Origin: Lacipirellulaceae bacterium
GTDB lineage: Bacteria > Planctomycetota > Planctomycetia > Pirellulales > Lacipirellulaceae
NCBI GenBank assembly: GCA_035249585.1
Contig: DATFGJ010000457.1
Span: 1-29,390 of the forward strand
Direction: 5' to 3'
DNA: 29,390 bases
Part shown: positions 8,445 to 17,507 of the stretch, in pieces
Numbering within the stretch: position 1 is the first letter of the stretch
Layout: every line of letters starts with the position of its first letter
Made by a program: the position numbers and the translations under genes
The notes under the pieces: generated by a model
Told to the model about the DNA's origin: nothing
The model's database searches: none
The model's input: only the letters and a program-made list of their open reading frames with translations

Positions 8445-10316
8445 TTACCGCTCGATGATTTCAATCATCCGGTCGACATCGCCGACATCAACGTCTTGCT
8501 TCGCACCGCGCGGCCAGTAGACCGTTAACCGGCGGACTGTCGTGTTGTTGCCAAGCCCGAATGTCATCGGCAGCTCGACCTGCGACAAGTAGCTGCGCGA
8601 CGGCATCACTTGGCGGCATAGCACGCCGTCTTCAAGCTCCAGTTCAATCCGCGCCCCAATCGCGTCGCGATTCGAGTGCGTGCCGACAAGTTTGCACCGC
8701 AGCCAGTGATGACCGAGATTCTGGTCATTGCGCAATAGCCGCGGCGATTGGCCCGTGGCCGTCACGAGAACGTCCAGGTCGCCGTCGCCGTCGATGTCGG
8801 CGTATGCGGCCCCGCGGCCAACCAGCGGCTTGAACAGGTCCGGGCCCGATTGGCTTTCGCGCACGGGCAGAAACTCCGTGTCGGCTTGCGGGCCCGCGTT
8901 CCAAAACAGGTGCGGCGGCTGCTCGTAGTGCTGGCTGGGCTGCACGCGATTGATGTCCTCTTCCAAATGACCGTTCGCTGTCAAAAGATCAAGCCGGCCG
9001 TCGAGGTCGTAATCGAAACAGAACAGGCCGAAGGTGAGCGACGTCCGGGTCACCGGCCCGAGGCCGGTGGGAATCGCTTCGTCCATGAACTGCATCTGGT
9101 CGCCATAGCTTACGTAGAGGGCCGTCATTTCATTGGCAAAGTTTCCGATGGCCACGCCCAGCACTTTGTTGCCACGGATGCGGGCGATGTCGATGCCCAT
9201 CGCACCGCGCGCGTTGCCGTTCATGTCGAATGCGATGCCGGATGTAGCCGCGATCTCGCGGAAGGTGCCAGCGCGCTGGTTGTGCAACAGAAAATTTTGC
9301 ACCGTGTCATTCGCCACGAGAATGTCGATCCAGCCATCCTCGTCGAGGTCCGCAAAAACGACGCCCAATGACTTGGCCAGCGGCACGCCCGTGTGCGGGT
9401 TCCGGATGTGCAAGCCGGCCTGGTGGGCCACATCGCGAAAACGTCCGCCGCCTTCGTTGCGATACAAGTAAGGAAGCGTGCCCTCAAAATTCTGCGGCCG
9501 GCCGTAAGCCCTCCCGCCGCCGGTCAGCTGAAAGTTCTGTCCCTCGTCATATTCGCGCGACCATTTGACATAATTGCCGACGAACAAATCCAGGTCGCCG
9601 TCGTTATCGTAATCGAGCCAGCCGCAACAAGTGCTCCACGCATCGTCATCGCCGCCCACGCCTGTCTCGTCGGTCACGTCGCGAAACTTGCCGCCGCCCA
9701 CGTTATGGAACAATCGATTCTTGCCCAGCGCCGAGATGAAGACATCCACGTTGCCGTCGTTGTCGTAATCGCCGACCGCGGCGCCCATTCCATAGAGTGA
9801 TACATCGAAGCCCGATCCTGCCGTCACATCGGTGAAATTGCCGCGGCCGTCGTTGCGGTATAGCCTGGAGGTTGCCGCCGACGTTTCGGACGACTGCTCA
9901 TCCCAGGGCCAGCGATCGAGGCTGTTGACCAGCAACAAGTCTTGGTCGAGGTCATTGTCGAAATCAAAGAACGCGCAGCCGCCTCCCATCGTTTCCGGCA
10001 GCAACTTTCGACCGGTTGCCGCATTGGCGTGACGGAAGTTAATACCTGCTTGCTGCGTAATATCCGGGAATGGCACGTTCGGCACCGTGGCTTGACCGGC
10101 CGCGCGCGTTGCAACTTCGGCCAGTTCCGTCTGCTGGACCGGCTTGTCGGGCGGCGCAGGCCGCAATGCATACACAGCCGTGCCGACAGCGATCGCCGCC
10201 ACAACGATCACAGCGAGCGACCAGCGCAGAGCGACGCCGATCACGGCGTCATCACGCTCGAGCGTATCCGGCTCAATTTCGGCATCACTAACAGATTGAT
10301 TTTGTTTCCGGTTCAA
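8445..10316 (-). CDS. CRTAC1-family protein (FG-GAP/VCBS repeats plus C-terminal ASPIC/UnbV domain) with an N-terminal membrane anchor
   Basis: ETMGGGCAFFDFDNDLDQDL, GDYDNDGNVD, DYDNDGDLDL, DLDEDGWID, DYDLDGRLD, ADIDGDGDLD repeats; SNRDAIGARI and SYLSQVELPMTFGLG. TTG start overlaps the upstream stop (TTGA). Confidence 0.92.
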   Translation of the reverse strand: MNRKQNQSVSDAEIEPDTLERDDAVIGVALRWSLAVIVVAAIAVGTAVYALRPAPPDKPVQQTELAEVATRAAGQATVPNVPFPDITQQAGINFRHANAATGRKLLPETMGGGCAFFDFDNDLDQDLLLVNSLDRWPWDEQSSETSAATSRLYRNDGRGNFTDVTAGSGFDVSLYGMGAAVGDYDNDGNVDVFISALGKNRLFHNVGGGKFRDVTDETGVGGDDDAWSTCCGWLDYDNDGDLDLFVGNYVKWSREYDEGQNFQLTGGGRAYGRPQNFEGTLPYLYRNEGGGRFRDVAHQAGLHIRNPHTGVPLAKSLGVVFADLDEDGWIDILVANDTVQNFLLHNQRAGTFREIAATSGIAFDMNGNARGAMGIDIARIRGNKVLGVAIGNFANEMTALYVSYGDQMQFMDEAIPTGLGPVTRTSLTFGLFCFDYDLDGRLDLLTANGHLEEDINRVQPSQHYEQPPHLFWNAGPQADTEFLPVRESQSGPDLFKPLVGRGAAYADIDGDGDLDVLVTATGQSPRLLRNDQNLGHHWLRCKLVGTHSNRDAIGARIELELEDGVLCRQVMPSRSYLSQVELPMTFGLGNNTTVRRLTVYWPRGAKQDVDVGDVDRMIEIIER

Positions 10317-13303
10317 CCGCCACCCCCCCCATTACTCGTGGTTTTCGAAGTGGTGTCAAATCCGTCTCCCTTTGGGAGAGGGTAGGGTGAGGGTGCCTTG
10401 GTTACCGCCGATTCACCCTCACCCCGGCCCTCTCCCGGAGGGAGAGGGAGGGCGGGTGGCTCCGCGCTCCGTAGGCCCGGCGCGCCGGGCCGCTGGAGCG
10501 GATACTTCACAACCGCTTCGGCCGCGTGATTGGCGGCCGGGTAGCGCTCGCGGGCCAATCTCTCGGCGCGGCCCTGAGCGTTGTCATCTGGCTTATAGCG
10601 AAGGTGCAGCTCTTCGTGCTCGCGGGAGCGCTCGGCGTCGCCCAGCTCGGCGTACAAAAGTTGCAAGTTATGATGGGCCGTCACGTTTTCCGAATCGATA
10701 GCAATGGTTCGTTTAAACACGTCGACTGCTTCCTGCCAGGCTTTGCGCGCCTCGTCGGCTCGACCTTGCCGAGCCCGTAATCGGCCCAGATCGAAAAGCG
10801 TTTGGCCGAGCAGGTTAATCACCTCGTAGTCGTAGCTGAAGTCGAAGCCCCGCTTCTGCATGTCTGGTGTGCGGTCCTCGAGCACGCTGCGCAGGTTCAC
10901 GATCGCCTCCTGCAAACGTCCCTGCTGCCGGTTGATGTCGCCGCTGAGCCAGGCCCAGGTCCATCGCGGAAAGCCTTCCTCGCCGCTGTAGCGATTGGCG
11001 CGCTGGAGCGCGGCCACCGCCTCGTCCAACCGGCCCTCCGCGCTATAGACCCGTGCCAGGTTCATCGGCCCGTCCCACCGATTGAGCGCTTCGACCTGCG
11101 TAAACGCTTCGGCCGCCTGACGCAGCTCGGCCCGACCTTTGAGCAATAGCCCAATGCCATAGTCGTTCCATCGTTGCCAAAGCGGAATATCGCGGTCGGG
11201 GTTTTCGACCGTTGCCTCAACGCCCTCGATTGGAAACGTGATCTGGTCCACGGCCAATGTCGTGATCGGGAGCTGATTGTTATACGGCTTGCCTGGTTCG
11301 TGGCCGCGAATTTGCTGCCCCAGTTTCTGGTTGCTCTGCGCGACAAAATCCATGTACCGCTGGTCGAACTTGCGATACTGCAGCTTCATTTCAACAGTCA
11401 CCGGCGCGTCGAGATCGTCTGGCAGCACGAGCTCGTAGTGAACTGTCTGCCCGGCGCCCGGTGGAATTTGATGGTTGTACAGCGGCGTGAAAATATCCTG
11501 CGGATTCCGCCGGTCGATGCGGTTGCCGTCCTTGTCGAGCATGAACACATTGACGAAATGGGCCCAGGGATCGACCTCATTGCCGCGCTCCGGGTCCAGC
11601 GCGCCGCTGCGGCCGATGATGCGGTTGCCGGATTTCACGGTGACGTCGAGCCAGACTTCGTTCGAGTCGGCCGTGCCTTGCGTAAACAGGTGGCCTAGTT
11701 TCACGGTTCGGATGACCGTTTCCAGTAAGTACGTTTTGCCGCGGACGAGCGTCGGTGTTTCCGGGCGCAGCGGCGCGATCAGCCGCCCATCGATCTCGCC
11801 GCCTTCGCGCAAGCCAAACAGGTCGACCCGCATCACGCCTTCCAGGAATTTCTGGTGGGCCGCAATGACGTCTGGCTTATCGCGCAGCCAGGCGACGCCG
11901 GTGTTCGCCGCCGGGAACAGATGGTCGTGCACGCTCAGCTCGGTTGCGCCGGCAAAGAACTTAGCGCCGAAGTCGCCGGACGGTTTTAGCGGCATGTGGC
12001 AGCTGCTGCAATTCGCTTCGGCTTTCGGCGGGTAATAGAAGCTTCGCGCGCCGTGACCCGAGACGCCGCTCAAGAGGAACGGATCGTAATGGTTTTGCCC
12101 GCGGAGGAATTCCTTGTAGTGGTTCAATGCCAGCGGCAAGTGCACCTTGTGGCAGGTCGAGCAAAACTCGGCCGTGCGATGAAAATCCTTCAAAAAAGTC
12201 TTTTTGTGGAAGGCCGGCTTGGCCTTTACGAGCTGGTTGTTGACCCATTGCAAAACCGCGCTCTCGCTGAACGCAAACGGGTAGTGCAGCGGCTCCTCGA
12301 TCGTGTAGTCGGCGTTGCCGCGGGTGCTGTTGACGTTGGTGATCGAATGGCAAACCGAGCAGGTGATGCCGGAGTGGGCCGTTGGATGATTGATGGTGTC
12401 GAACTTCGGATCGTCAAATGCGCCGCTGAAGAACGGCACCGGGTCGTGGCAGCCGGCGCACCAGCGCGAGGCTTGCACGTTGCCGTCGCGTTTAAGAGCC
12501 ACTTCTCGGGTTTCGGTCACGCTGGCCAGGTACGGCTCGTTGTTAAACGAGCTGAAGCGGTGCACGCTCTCGCTCCAGGCCGCGTGCACGTCGGCGTGGC
12601 ACTTCTTGCAGTATTGGTCGTTCGTAAGAGTGGCGGCCGGAATGAAATTGCCCGACGCCGTTCGGGCCAGCGACGGCTCGAAGTATTTCACGCCCGAATC
12701 CGGCCCAACGGCGAACCAGTTGCGCGGGTCTTCGGCATGCAGCCAGATCATTGCCAGCACAACGGCGCCGACAAAAGCCGCGTAGCTTAAGCCCACTCGC
12801 CACTTGATCCGCGGCCCGGCCAGCCGATGCAGCCAGTACAACCACGCCGCCACGAGCGGGCAGGCCACGTGCAACCAGTAAATCGTGGAGCGGGCCAGCG
12901 GCTGCCGCAGATCGAATCCCCCGATGCGCATCAGCAATATCCCGGTGACCAGGACGCCGATCGACACGGCGAAGAGTGCATAGCCGATGCGGATCGCCCG
13001 GCGGTTGCGGCGATTCCGCGATGCCGCCATGTGCGCGAGCCCGAAGACAATGAACGGCACGACCAGCACAAGTCCCAGGACGAGGTGCCCCAGGAACATG
13101 TACTGGTAGAAGTAGTCCTGATACGTGCGGCCGGTGAACCACTCCAGCGCGGTGATTGCGGCCAGGTAAGCGGAATTGGCGCCGAGCACCGCAACCAAAG
13201 CAAATAGGAAATACAGCAGCTTGCGCAGCCGCGGCCCGACCGCGCGCACGTATTTCCTCGGCGGCGAGGCAGGAGGCTCAGGGCGCAATGACGTTTCCGG
13301 CAT
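10313..13303 (-). CDS. Membrane-anchored multiheme c-type cytochrome with C-terminal TPR region
   Basis: About five N-terminal TM segments containing His; five CxxCH motifs (CKKCH, CAGCH, CSVCH, CSTCH, CSSCH); TPR-like helices at the C-terminus. Start taken at ATG 13303; 13336 is possible. Confidence 0.9.
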   Translation of the reverse strand: MPETSLRPEPPASPPRKYVRAVGPRLRKLLYFLFALVAVLGANSAYLAAITALEWFTGRTYQDYFYQYMFLGHLVLGLVLVVPFIVFGLAHMAASRNRRNRRAIRIGYALFAVSIGVLVTGILLMRIGGFDLRQPLARSTIYWLHVACPLVAAWLYWLHRLAGPRIKWRVGLSYAAFVGAVVLAMIWLHAEDPRNWFAVGPDSGVKYFEPSLARTASGNFIPAATLTNDQYCKKCHADVHAAWSESVHRFSSFNNEPYLASVTETREVALKRDGNVQASRWCAGCHDPVPFFSGAFDDPKFDTINHPTAHSGITCSVCHSITNVNSTRGNADYTIEEPLHYPFAFSESAVLQWVNNQLVKAKPAFHKKTFLKDFHRTAEFCSTCHKVHLPLALNHYKEFLRGQNHYDPFLLSGVSGHGARSFYYPPKAEANCSSCHMPLKPSGDFGAKFFAGATELSVHDHLFPAANTGVAWLRDKPDVIAAHQKFLEGVMRVDLFGLREGGEIDGRLIAPLRPETPTLVRGKTYLLETVIRTVKLGHLFTQGTADSNEVWLDVTVKSGNRIIGRSGALDPERGNEVDPWAHFVNVFMLDKDGNRIDRRNPQDIFTPLYNHQIPPGAGQTVHYELVLPDDLDAPVTVEMKLQYRKFDQRYMDFVAQSNQKLGQQIRGHEPGKPYNNQLPITTLAVDQITFPIEGVEATVENPDRDIPLWQRWNDYGIGLLLKGRAELRQAAEAFTQVEALNRWDGPMNLARVYSAEGRLDEAVAALQRANRYSGEEGFPRWTWAWLSGDINRQQGRLQEAIVNLRSVLEDRTPDMQKRGFDFSYDYEVINLLGQTLFDLGRLRARQGRADEARKAWQEAVDVFKRTIAIDSENVTAHHNLQLLYAELGDAERSREHEELHLRYKPDDNAQGRAERLARERYPAANHAAEAVVKYPLQRPGAPGLRSAEPPALPLPPGEGRGEGESAVTKAPSPYPLPKGDGFDTTSKTTSNGGGGG
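10365..10448. repeat. REP-like inverted pair (CCCTCTCCC-N3-GGGAGAGGG family) inside the cytochrome gene's 3' end
   Basis: CTCCCTTTGGGAGAGGGTAGGGTGAGGGTG followed by CACCCTCACCCCGGCCCTCTCCCGGAGGGAGAGGG; translated as PLPPGEGRGEG...PSPYPLPKGDG. Confidence 0.8.
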
Positions 13304-13461
13304 AAATCCGATCCGAAGGCCGGCGTGGCAGATCAAGTCCGCGGGAATTGACGCTTGCGGTTTAACTTCGCAGCCGTTCGCATTGCAATTGCGCTACGTT
13401 GAACGACACGATGACCGAGTCGCAATTGAACGACTGCCGAAGCGCTACGTCAAAATGCGCG

Positions 13462-13863
13462 CTAAGCGCGAGGCGGATGATAGATCAGCGCGGGGAACCC
13501 CTTGGCGCGTTTTACGTTCGTCTGGCAAGCGCTTCCCGTTTGGCTCGCGCACTCCGTAAGTGTGACGACGCAGCTCTGAAGAGCCGACTTCACAGGCGTG
13601 AACGAAACTTCGGCCGGAGCGGGCGCTGCCGGTTGATCCGGGATGCGAGTGCAGTAGGGACCATTACACGGTGGCCCGGGCGAATGGTCTGCAATTTCGT
13701 CCCGCGCGACTTCCACAGGGCTGCTCGCGCCGGGAGCGGAGGCGGACTTATCGCTATGCTGCAGCCAGTCACCGCACGATGCGTGCGCGACGGAAGCTAT
13801 TACCGCCAACAGCATCCAGCATATCGAGGCCGCAAAAACGGCCGATGCACAGCGCAGGACCAC
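13462..13863 (-). CDS. Small secreted Cys/His protein A (SCGDWLxH / PCxGPxC / HPPRA)
   Basis: GGGAG then GTG at 13863; signal peptide ending VAHA; motifs shared with the divergent paralog at 14155-14601. Confidence 0.75.
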   Translation of the reverse strand: MVLRCASAVFAASICWMLLAVIASVAHASCGDWLQHSDKSASAPGASSPVEVARDEIADHSPGPPCNGPYCTRIPDQPAAPAPAEVSFTPVKSALQSCVVTLTECASQTGSACQTNVKRAKGFPALIYHPPRA

Positions 13864-14154
13864 GAACGTGACTCCCTGATGGAGCGGAGCGGCGAACTGC
13901 AGGCCGCTATCTAGGCTAGGAATGTCCCCAAGTCTCAGCCTATCCCTGATGGATTGGAGTGTCAATGAATTCAGTGGGGTAAAGGTCGCCGGCGGACCGT
14001 CGATAAGTCGAGTCCACGATTGACTTATCGCTCGCTGTGCCCGCGGCGACCGTCGCCCCAATCCGGGCAAAATCACTTGCAATCTTTTGTGCACTCAGTA
14101 CAGTGATTTCTTGGATGCAGCATGGGGGGCGTTGCGGTTTCTCTTCAATGGCCT

Positions 14155-14601
14155 ATGCACCATCGTGTGCGCTTTAACCGGTGTGCTAACGCGGCACTTT
14201 TGCTGCTGGGCTGTGTGCTGCTGCAAAGTGCGTGGGCGATGCGCGCCGTCGCATCCTGCGGCGATTGGTTGGCACACCCTGACGGGTCGCATAGCAGCGC
14301 GCAGCGGTCCATGAGCGACGACCAAAGGAATGCCGACTCTGCCGCTTCAGTCGGCGGAACTTTTGCATCAAATAAGGACTCGATTCCGTTGCCCTGCGAT
14401 GGTCCATCCTGTCGGCGTGCGCCATCCAGACCAGTACCCGTGATTCCGCCGTCCAACGTTAGCGCCACCGACAAGCTGCTACTGGCCGGTCATGACGTCG
14501 TTCGCGAGCCTCTGAGCCGCTGGACGTTTACGACCGGCGATTCTTCTGCGCATGCGATTCGCGGATTCCCGGTAGGTATCGAGCATCCTCCGCGCGCTTA
14601 G
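14155..14601 (+). CDS. Small secreted Cys/His protein B (SCGDWLxH / PCxGPxC / HPPRA)
   Basis: Signal peptide ending RAVA, then SCGDWLAH, PCDGPSC and GFPVGIEHPPRA-stop. Start may be 14122 or 14155. Confidence 0.75.
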   Translation: MHHRVRFNRCANAALLLLGCVLLQSAWAMRAVASCGDWLAHPDGSHSSAQRSMSDDQRNADSAASVGGTFASNKDSIPLPCDGPSCRRAPSRPVPVIPPSNVSATDKLLLAGHDVVREPLSRWTFTTGDSSAHAIRGFPVGIEHPPRA

Positions 14602-14832
14602 AGCTATCTCTCTTCGATCGCCTTGCAGCGCTCGTCCTGCGCATGGCAGCCACCGCTTATCGACTCTTTTGGTCGGGCGGCAGCGGCTGCGCTGTGGCAA
14701 CCTGCTGTGATGGTTCAAGCATGCGAGTCAATCGACCGGTAAGTGACCGGTTGATGCAATCCATTTCATTGTGTGGCCGTAAGTATTCATTTGATGCGGC
14801 GCATTACATCATTTTCCGCGAGCGTCTTCATC

Positions 14833-15894
14833 ATGTCGACACCACGAAGAAATTGGGGCTTCACTCAAGTGGAGCTGCCGTTCGAGCGATTCAGGGTAGC
14901 GAGCAAGCGCGAGCGCCGCGCGTTTACGCTTGTCGAGCTACTGGTCGTCATCGCGATCATCGGGATATTGGTCGCCTTACTCTTACCGGCAATTCAGGCG
15001 GCGCGCGAGGCCGGCCGACGCACAGCCTGCATGAACAACTTGCGCCAAATGGGTTTAGCCATGCTCAACTATGAGACAAGCTACAAGGTGTTCCCGCCAT
15101 CGGACGTGCTGGTGCCTGGCCCCGGCGGCGCTCCAACGTCGCTCGGCCTGTCGGTGCATGCCCGGCTGCTGCCGTTTGTCGAGGAAGCATCGTTGCGAAC
15201 TTTGGTGAACTTCAGCGCGGCCTACAATCACGCTTCAAACGACTCTGCGCGGACGACGCGCGTGGCGATGTTTGTCTGCCCGTCGGATGGCGGTGAGAAC
15301 GCGGTTTCCGTTCCCGCGCCCGGCGCGCCCACAAGTTACCATGCCAACCAAGGATCCGGCGTGGTGTGGAGCATTACGACGAATCCGAGCGACCCGAACT
15401 ACGCCCTCGGACCGCCAAACGGCGTGTTGATTCGTAACGGCGGCGTGAAGGCCGCCCACATCATCGACGGATTGAGCCACACGGCGGCGTTCGCCGAGCG
15501 TGTCATCGGCGACGGCAGCGATGAAATCGCGACCGAGGAAAGCGATACATTTGCCCCTGGCACGACGCATCCGGGCGTCGAGCGGGCATATGCCGATTGT
15601 CGTGCGATCGATATCACAGATCTGTCCAAACAGGGCAATTCCGAGGTCGGTTTTCCCTGGCTGCGCGCATATCACAGCACGACAATTTATTTTCACAACA
15701 ACACTCCGAACGGCCGCTCGTGCATGTACCCGCCCGGACAGATCATGACCACCGCCGGCAGCCGCCATAGCGGCGGCGTGAATATGATGCTCTGCGACGG
15801 CTCGGCACGCTTTGTTTCCGAGGATATCAGCCGGCCCACCTGGCAGGCGCTCGGCAGCCGAAATGGCGAGGAGATTATTCAGGAGCAGTTTTAA
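14833..15894 (+). CDS. DUF1559 (SBP_bac_10) prepilin-type N-terminal cleavage/methylation protein
   Basis: AFTLVELLVVIAIIGILVALLLPAIQAAREAGRR, CMNNLRQMGLA, DGLSHT, and the H-X9-DG motif RHSGGVNMMLCDGS. Confidence 0.95.
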   Translation: MSTPRRNWGFTQVELPFERFRVASKRERRAFTLVELLVVIAIIGILVALLLPAIQAAREAGRRTACMNNLRQMGLAMLNYETSYKVFPPSDVLVPGPGGAPTSLGLSVHARLLPFVEEASLRTLVNFSAAYNHASNDSARTTRVAMFVCPSDGGENAVSVPAPGAPTSYHANQGSGVVWSITTNPSDPNYALGPPNGVLIRNGGVKAAHIIDGLSHTAAFAERVIGDGSDEIATEESDTFAPGTTHPGVERAYADCRAIDITDLSKQGNSEVGFPWLRAYHSTTIYFHNNTPNGRSCMYPPGQIMTTAGSRHSGGVNMMLCDGSARFVSEDISRPTWQALGSRNGEEIIQEQF

Positions 15895-15926
15895 TCAGCG
15901 AAAACTCCAGCAGAATTCGGAAAGGC

Positions 15927-16030
15927 TCTCGCAAAGACGCGAAGGCGCAAAGGCGAGGCGCTATGAGTTTTCAGGTTTCATTGCGCCTTGGCGCCGCTCG
16001 GCTGAGCTCGCCGCAGGCCTTTGCGTGAGA
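15927..16030. repeat. Intergenic palindromic element (CGCAAAG-type arms) with a 24-nt insert in the right arm
   Basis: Left arm TCTCGCAAAGACGCGAAGGCGCAAAG (15927-15952) is the near reverse complement of CATTGCGCCTTGGCG[insert 15994-16017]CCTTTGCGTGAGA. Confidence 0.8.
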
Positions 16031-16080
16031 ACACTTTTGGTTTCAGTGAGTTGGGGTTTCAAAACATAAGGTCATCGAAA

Positions 16081-17421
16081 ATGAAATACGTTATGGCGCT
16101 ACTAGCTTTGTGCTTCTCTGCATGGACAAATCCGTTGCGAGCGGACGGACAAGCCTCCGATACGCCCAAGCCCGTCCCCGCGACGCGGCCAGAAATGAAG
16201 GCCGCGCTCGAGTCGCTCAAATCACGCACTCCGCGGCTGCCGCTGCCCGACTCCAATGCGCAGGGCGGCGTGAACAACGGCCGCATGCGGGCTGCGTACT
16301 TGCCTGAATCCTGGGGGGCCGGAGGCGGACGCGGCAGCCGGTCGGCCAGCCGCCAAGGCTCACGTGACGGCGGCCGTTCTGCACGCTTCGGTCAAAATCC
16401 GGATTCGGCATTTGATTACGCCTTTACAACGTCGCTGTTCTGGATCGTTTCGCGCGGCAACAACTGCCACTACTGCCTCGGACACCAGGAGCTCAAGCTC
16501 CGCGGGGCCGGATTGGATGACGACACGATCGCGTCGCTTGATAGCGACTGGAGCCGGTTCGACTCGCGGCAGCAGGCCGCGCTTGCCTACGCGCGCAAGC
16601 TGACGCTCGAGCCGCAGCTCGTTGGCGAGGGCGACATAGCGCTACTCAAGCCGTTGTTCTCGGACGGAGAAATCATCGAGATGACTTATAGCATCGCCCG
16701 TTTCAACGCGACTAACCGCTGGACAGACGGCATGGGCGTACCGCAAGACAGCCGGTTCGGCGAGGAAGACTCACGGCTCGATACGCCGACCAGCGAAGAG
16801 TTCCAATCGACCGTGAGCGTGGCGGCGCCGACGACGCGCGCTTCGCGGCCTGGGTTGCCGGCGTTTGATGAAGTGACAAACGCGATTACGGCTAGCCGCG
16901 AACGCGAAGCTCGGGTCGCTCTGCCCAGCGTGGATGAAGCCCGCAAGGCGCTTCCCAGCATTGTGGACCGCGAGCTATTCAATTGGGAACGCGCCATGGT
17001 GGGTGTGCCTGGCACCGGCGCCATGCAAGTCAGCACGTTGAACACCATCATGAGCGACGAGCATTTGCCCGTTCGGCTCAAGGCCGAGCTGGCATTGATT
17101 TCTGCCGTGCACAATCGCGCCTGGTACGCCGTGGGCCATGCGGCGCACCGGCTCCGCACACTCGGTGTCTCGACGGAAGACATGGTCGCGTTGTTCGACA
17201 GCGACGCAAGCGCGTCGAATAATTCGGCGGCCGCGTATCAGCTCGCCGCCAAGCTCACGGCCGACCCGCATTTGATCACCGACGCCGACATCGCCCGCGT
17301 GCGCGAATGGTTCAGCGACCGGGAAACGGCTCAGATCGTCCACGTGATTTGCACGGCCAACATGTTCGACCGGTTCACCGAAGCGCTCGGCCTGCCGCTT
17401 GAGGACGGCGTTTGCGAATAG
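16081..17421 (+). CDS. Secreted two-domain AhpD/carboxymuconolactone decarboxylase-like protein
   Basis: Signal peptide MKYVMALLALCFSAWTNPLRA. Domain 1 has NNCHYCLGH; domain 2 has the homologous NRAWYAVGH without Cys. Both domains end in AhpD-like segments (KLTxxP...F(S)DxE...N..xR.TD/E). Confidence 0.8.
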   Translation: MKYVMALLALCFSAWTNPLRADGQASDTPKPVPATRPEMKAALESLKSRTPRLPLPDSNAQGGVNNGRMRAAYLPESWGAGGGRGSRSASRQGSRDGGRSARFGQNPDSAFDYAFTTSLFWIVSRGNNCHYCLGHQELKLRGAGLDDDTIASLDSDWSRFDSRQQAALAYARKLTLEPQLVGEGDIALLKPLFSDGEIIEMTYSIARFNATNRWTDGMGVPQDSRFGEEDSRLDTPTSEEFQSTVSVAAPTTRASRPGLPAFDEVTNAITASREREARVALPSVDEARKALPSIVDRELFNWERAMVGVPGTGAMQVSTLNTIMSDEHLPVRLKAELALISAVHNRAWYAVGHAAHRLRTLGVSTEDMVALFDSDASASNNSAAAYQLAAKLTADPHLITDADIARVREWFSDRETAQIVHVICTANMFDRFTEALGLPLEDGVCE

Positions 17422-17426
17422 AGTAA

Positions 17427-17458
17427 CTCCCTCCTCCTTTGGGGAGGGGTCGGGGTGA
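17427..17458. repeat. Degenerate single copy of the CCCTCTCCC/GGGAGAGGG REP-like motif between convergent genes
   Basis: CTCCCTCCTCCTTTGGGGAGGGGTCGGGGTGA resembles the left arm at 10365-10391. Confidence 0.55.
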
Positions 17459-17507
17459 TCTTGCCACAAGATGCTCAACTATCGCTGCCCACCTAGCAAT
17501 TCCTTCG

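Noticed and set aside
13864-14094. N-terminal 77-aa extension of the 210-aa ORF in the track
   Set aside because: Not protein-like. A GTG with GGGAG at 13863 gives a signal peptide matching the paralog, so this stretch is probably the divergent promoter region.
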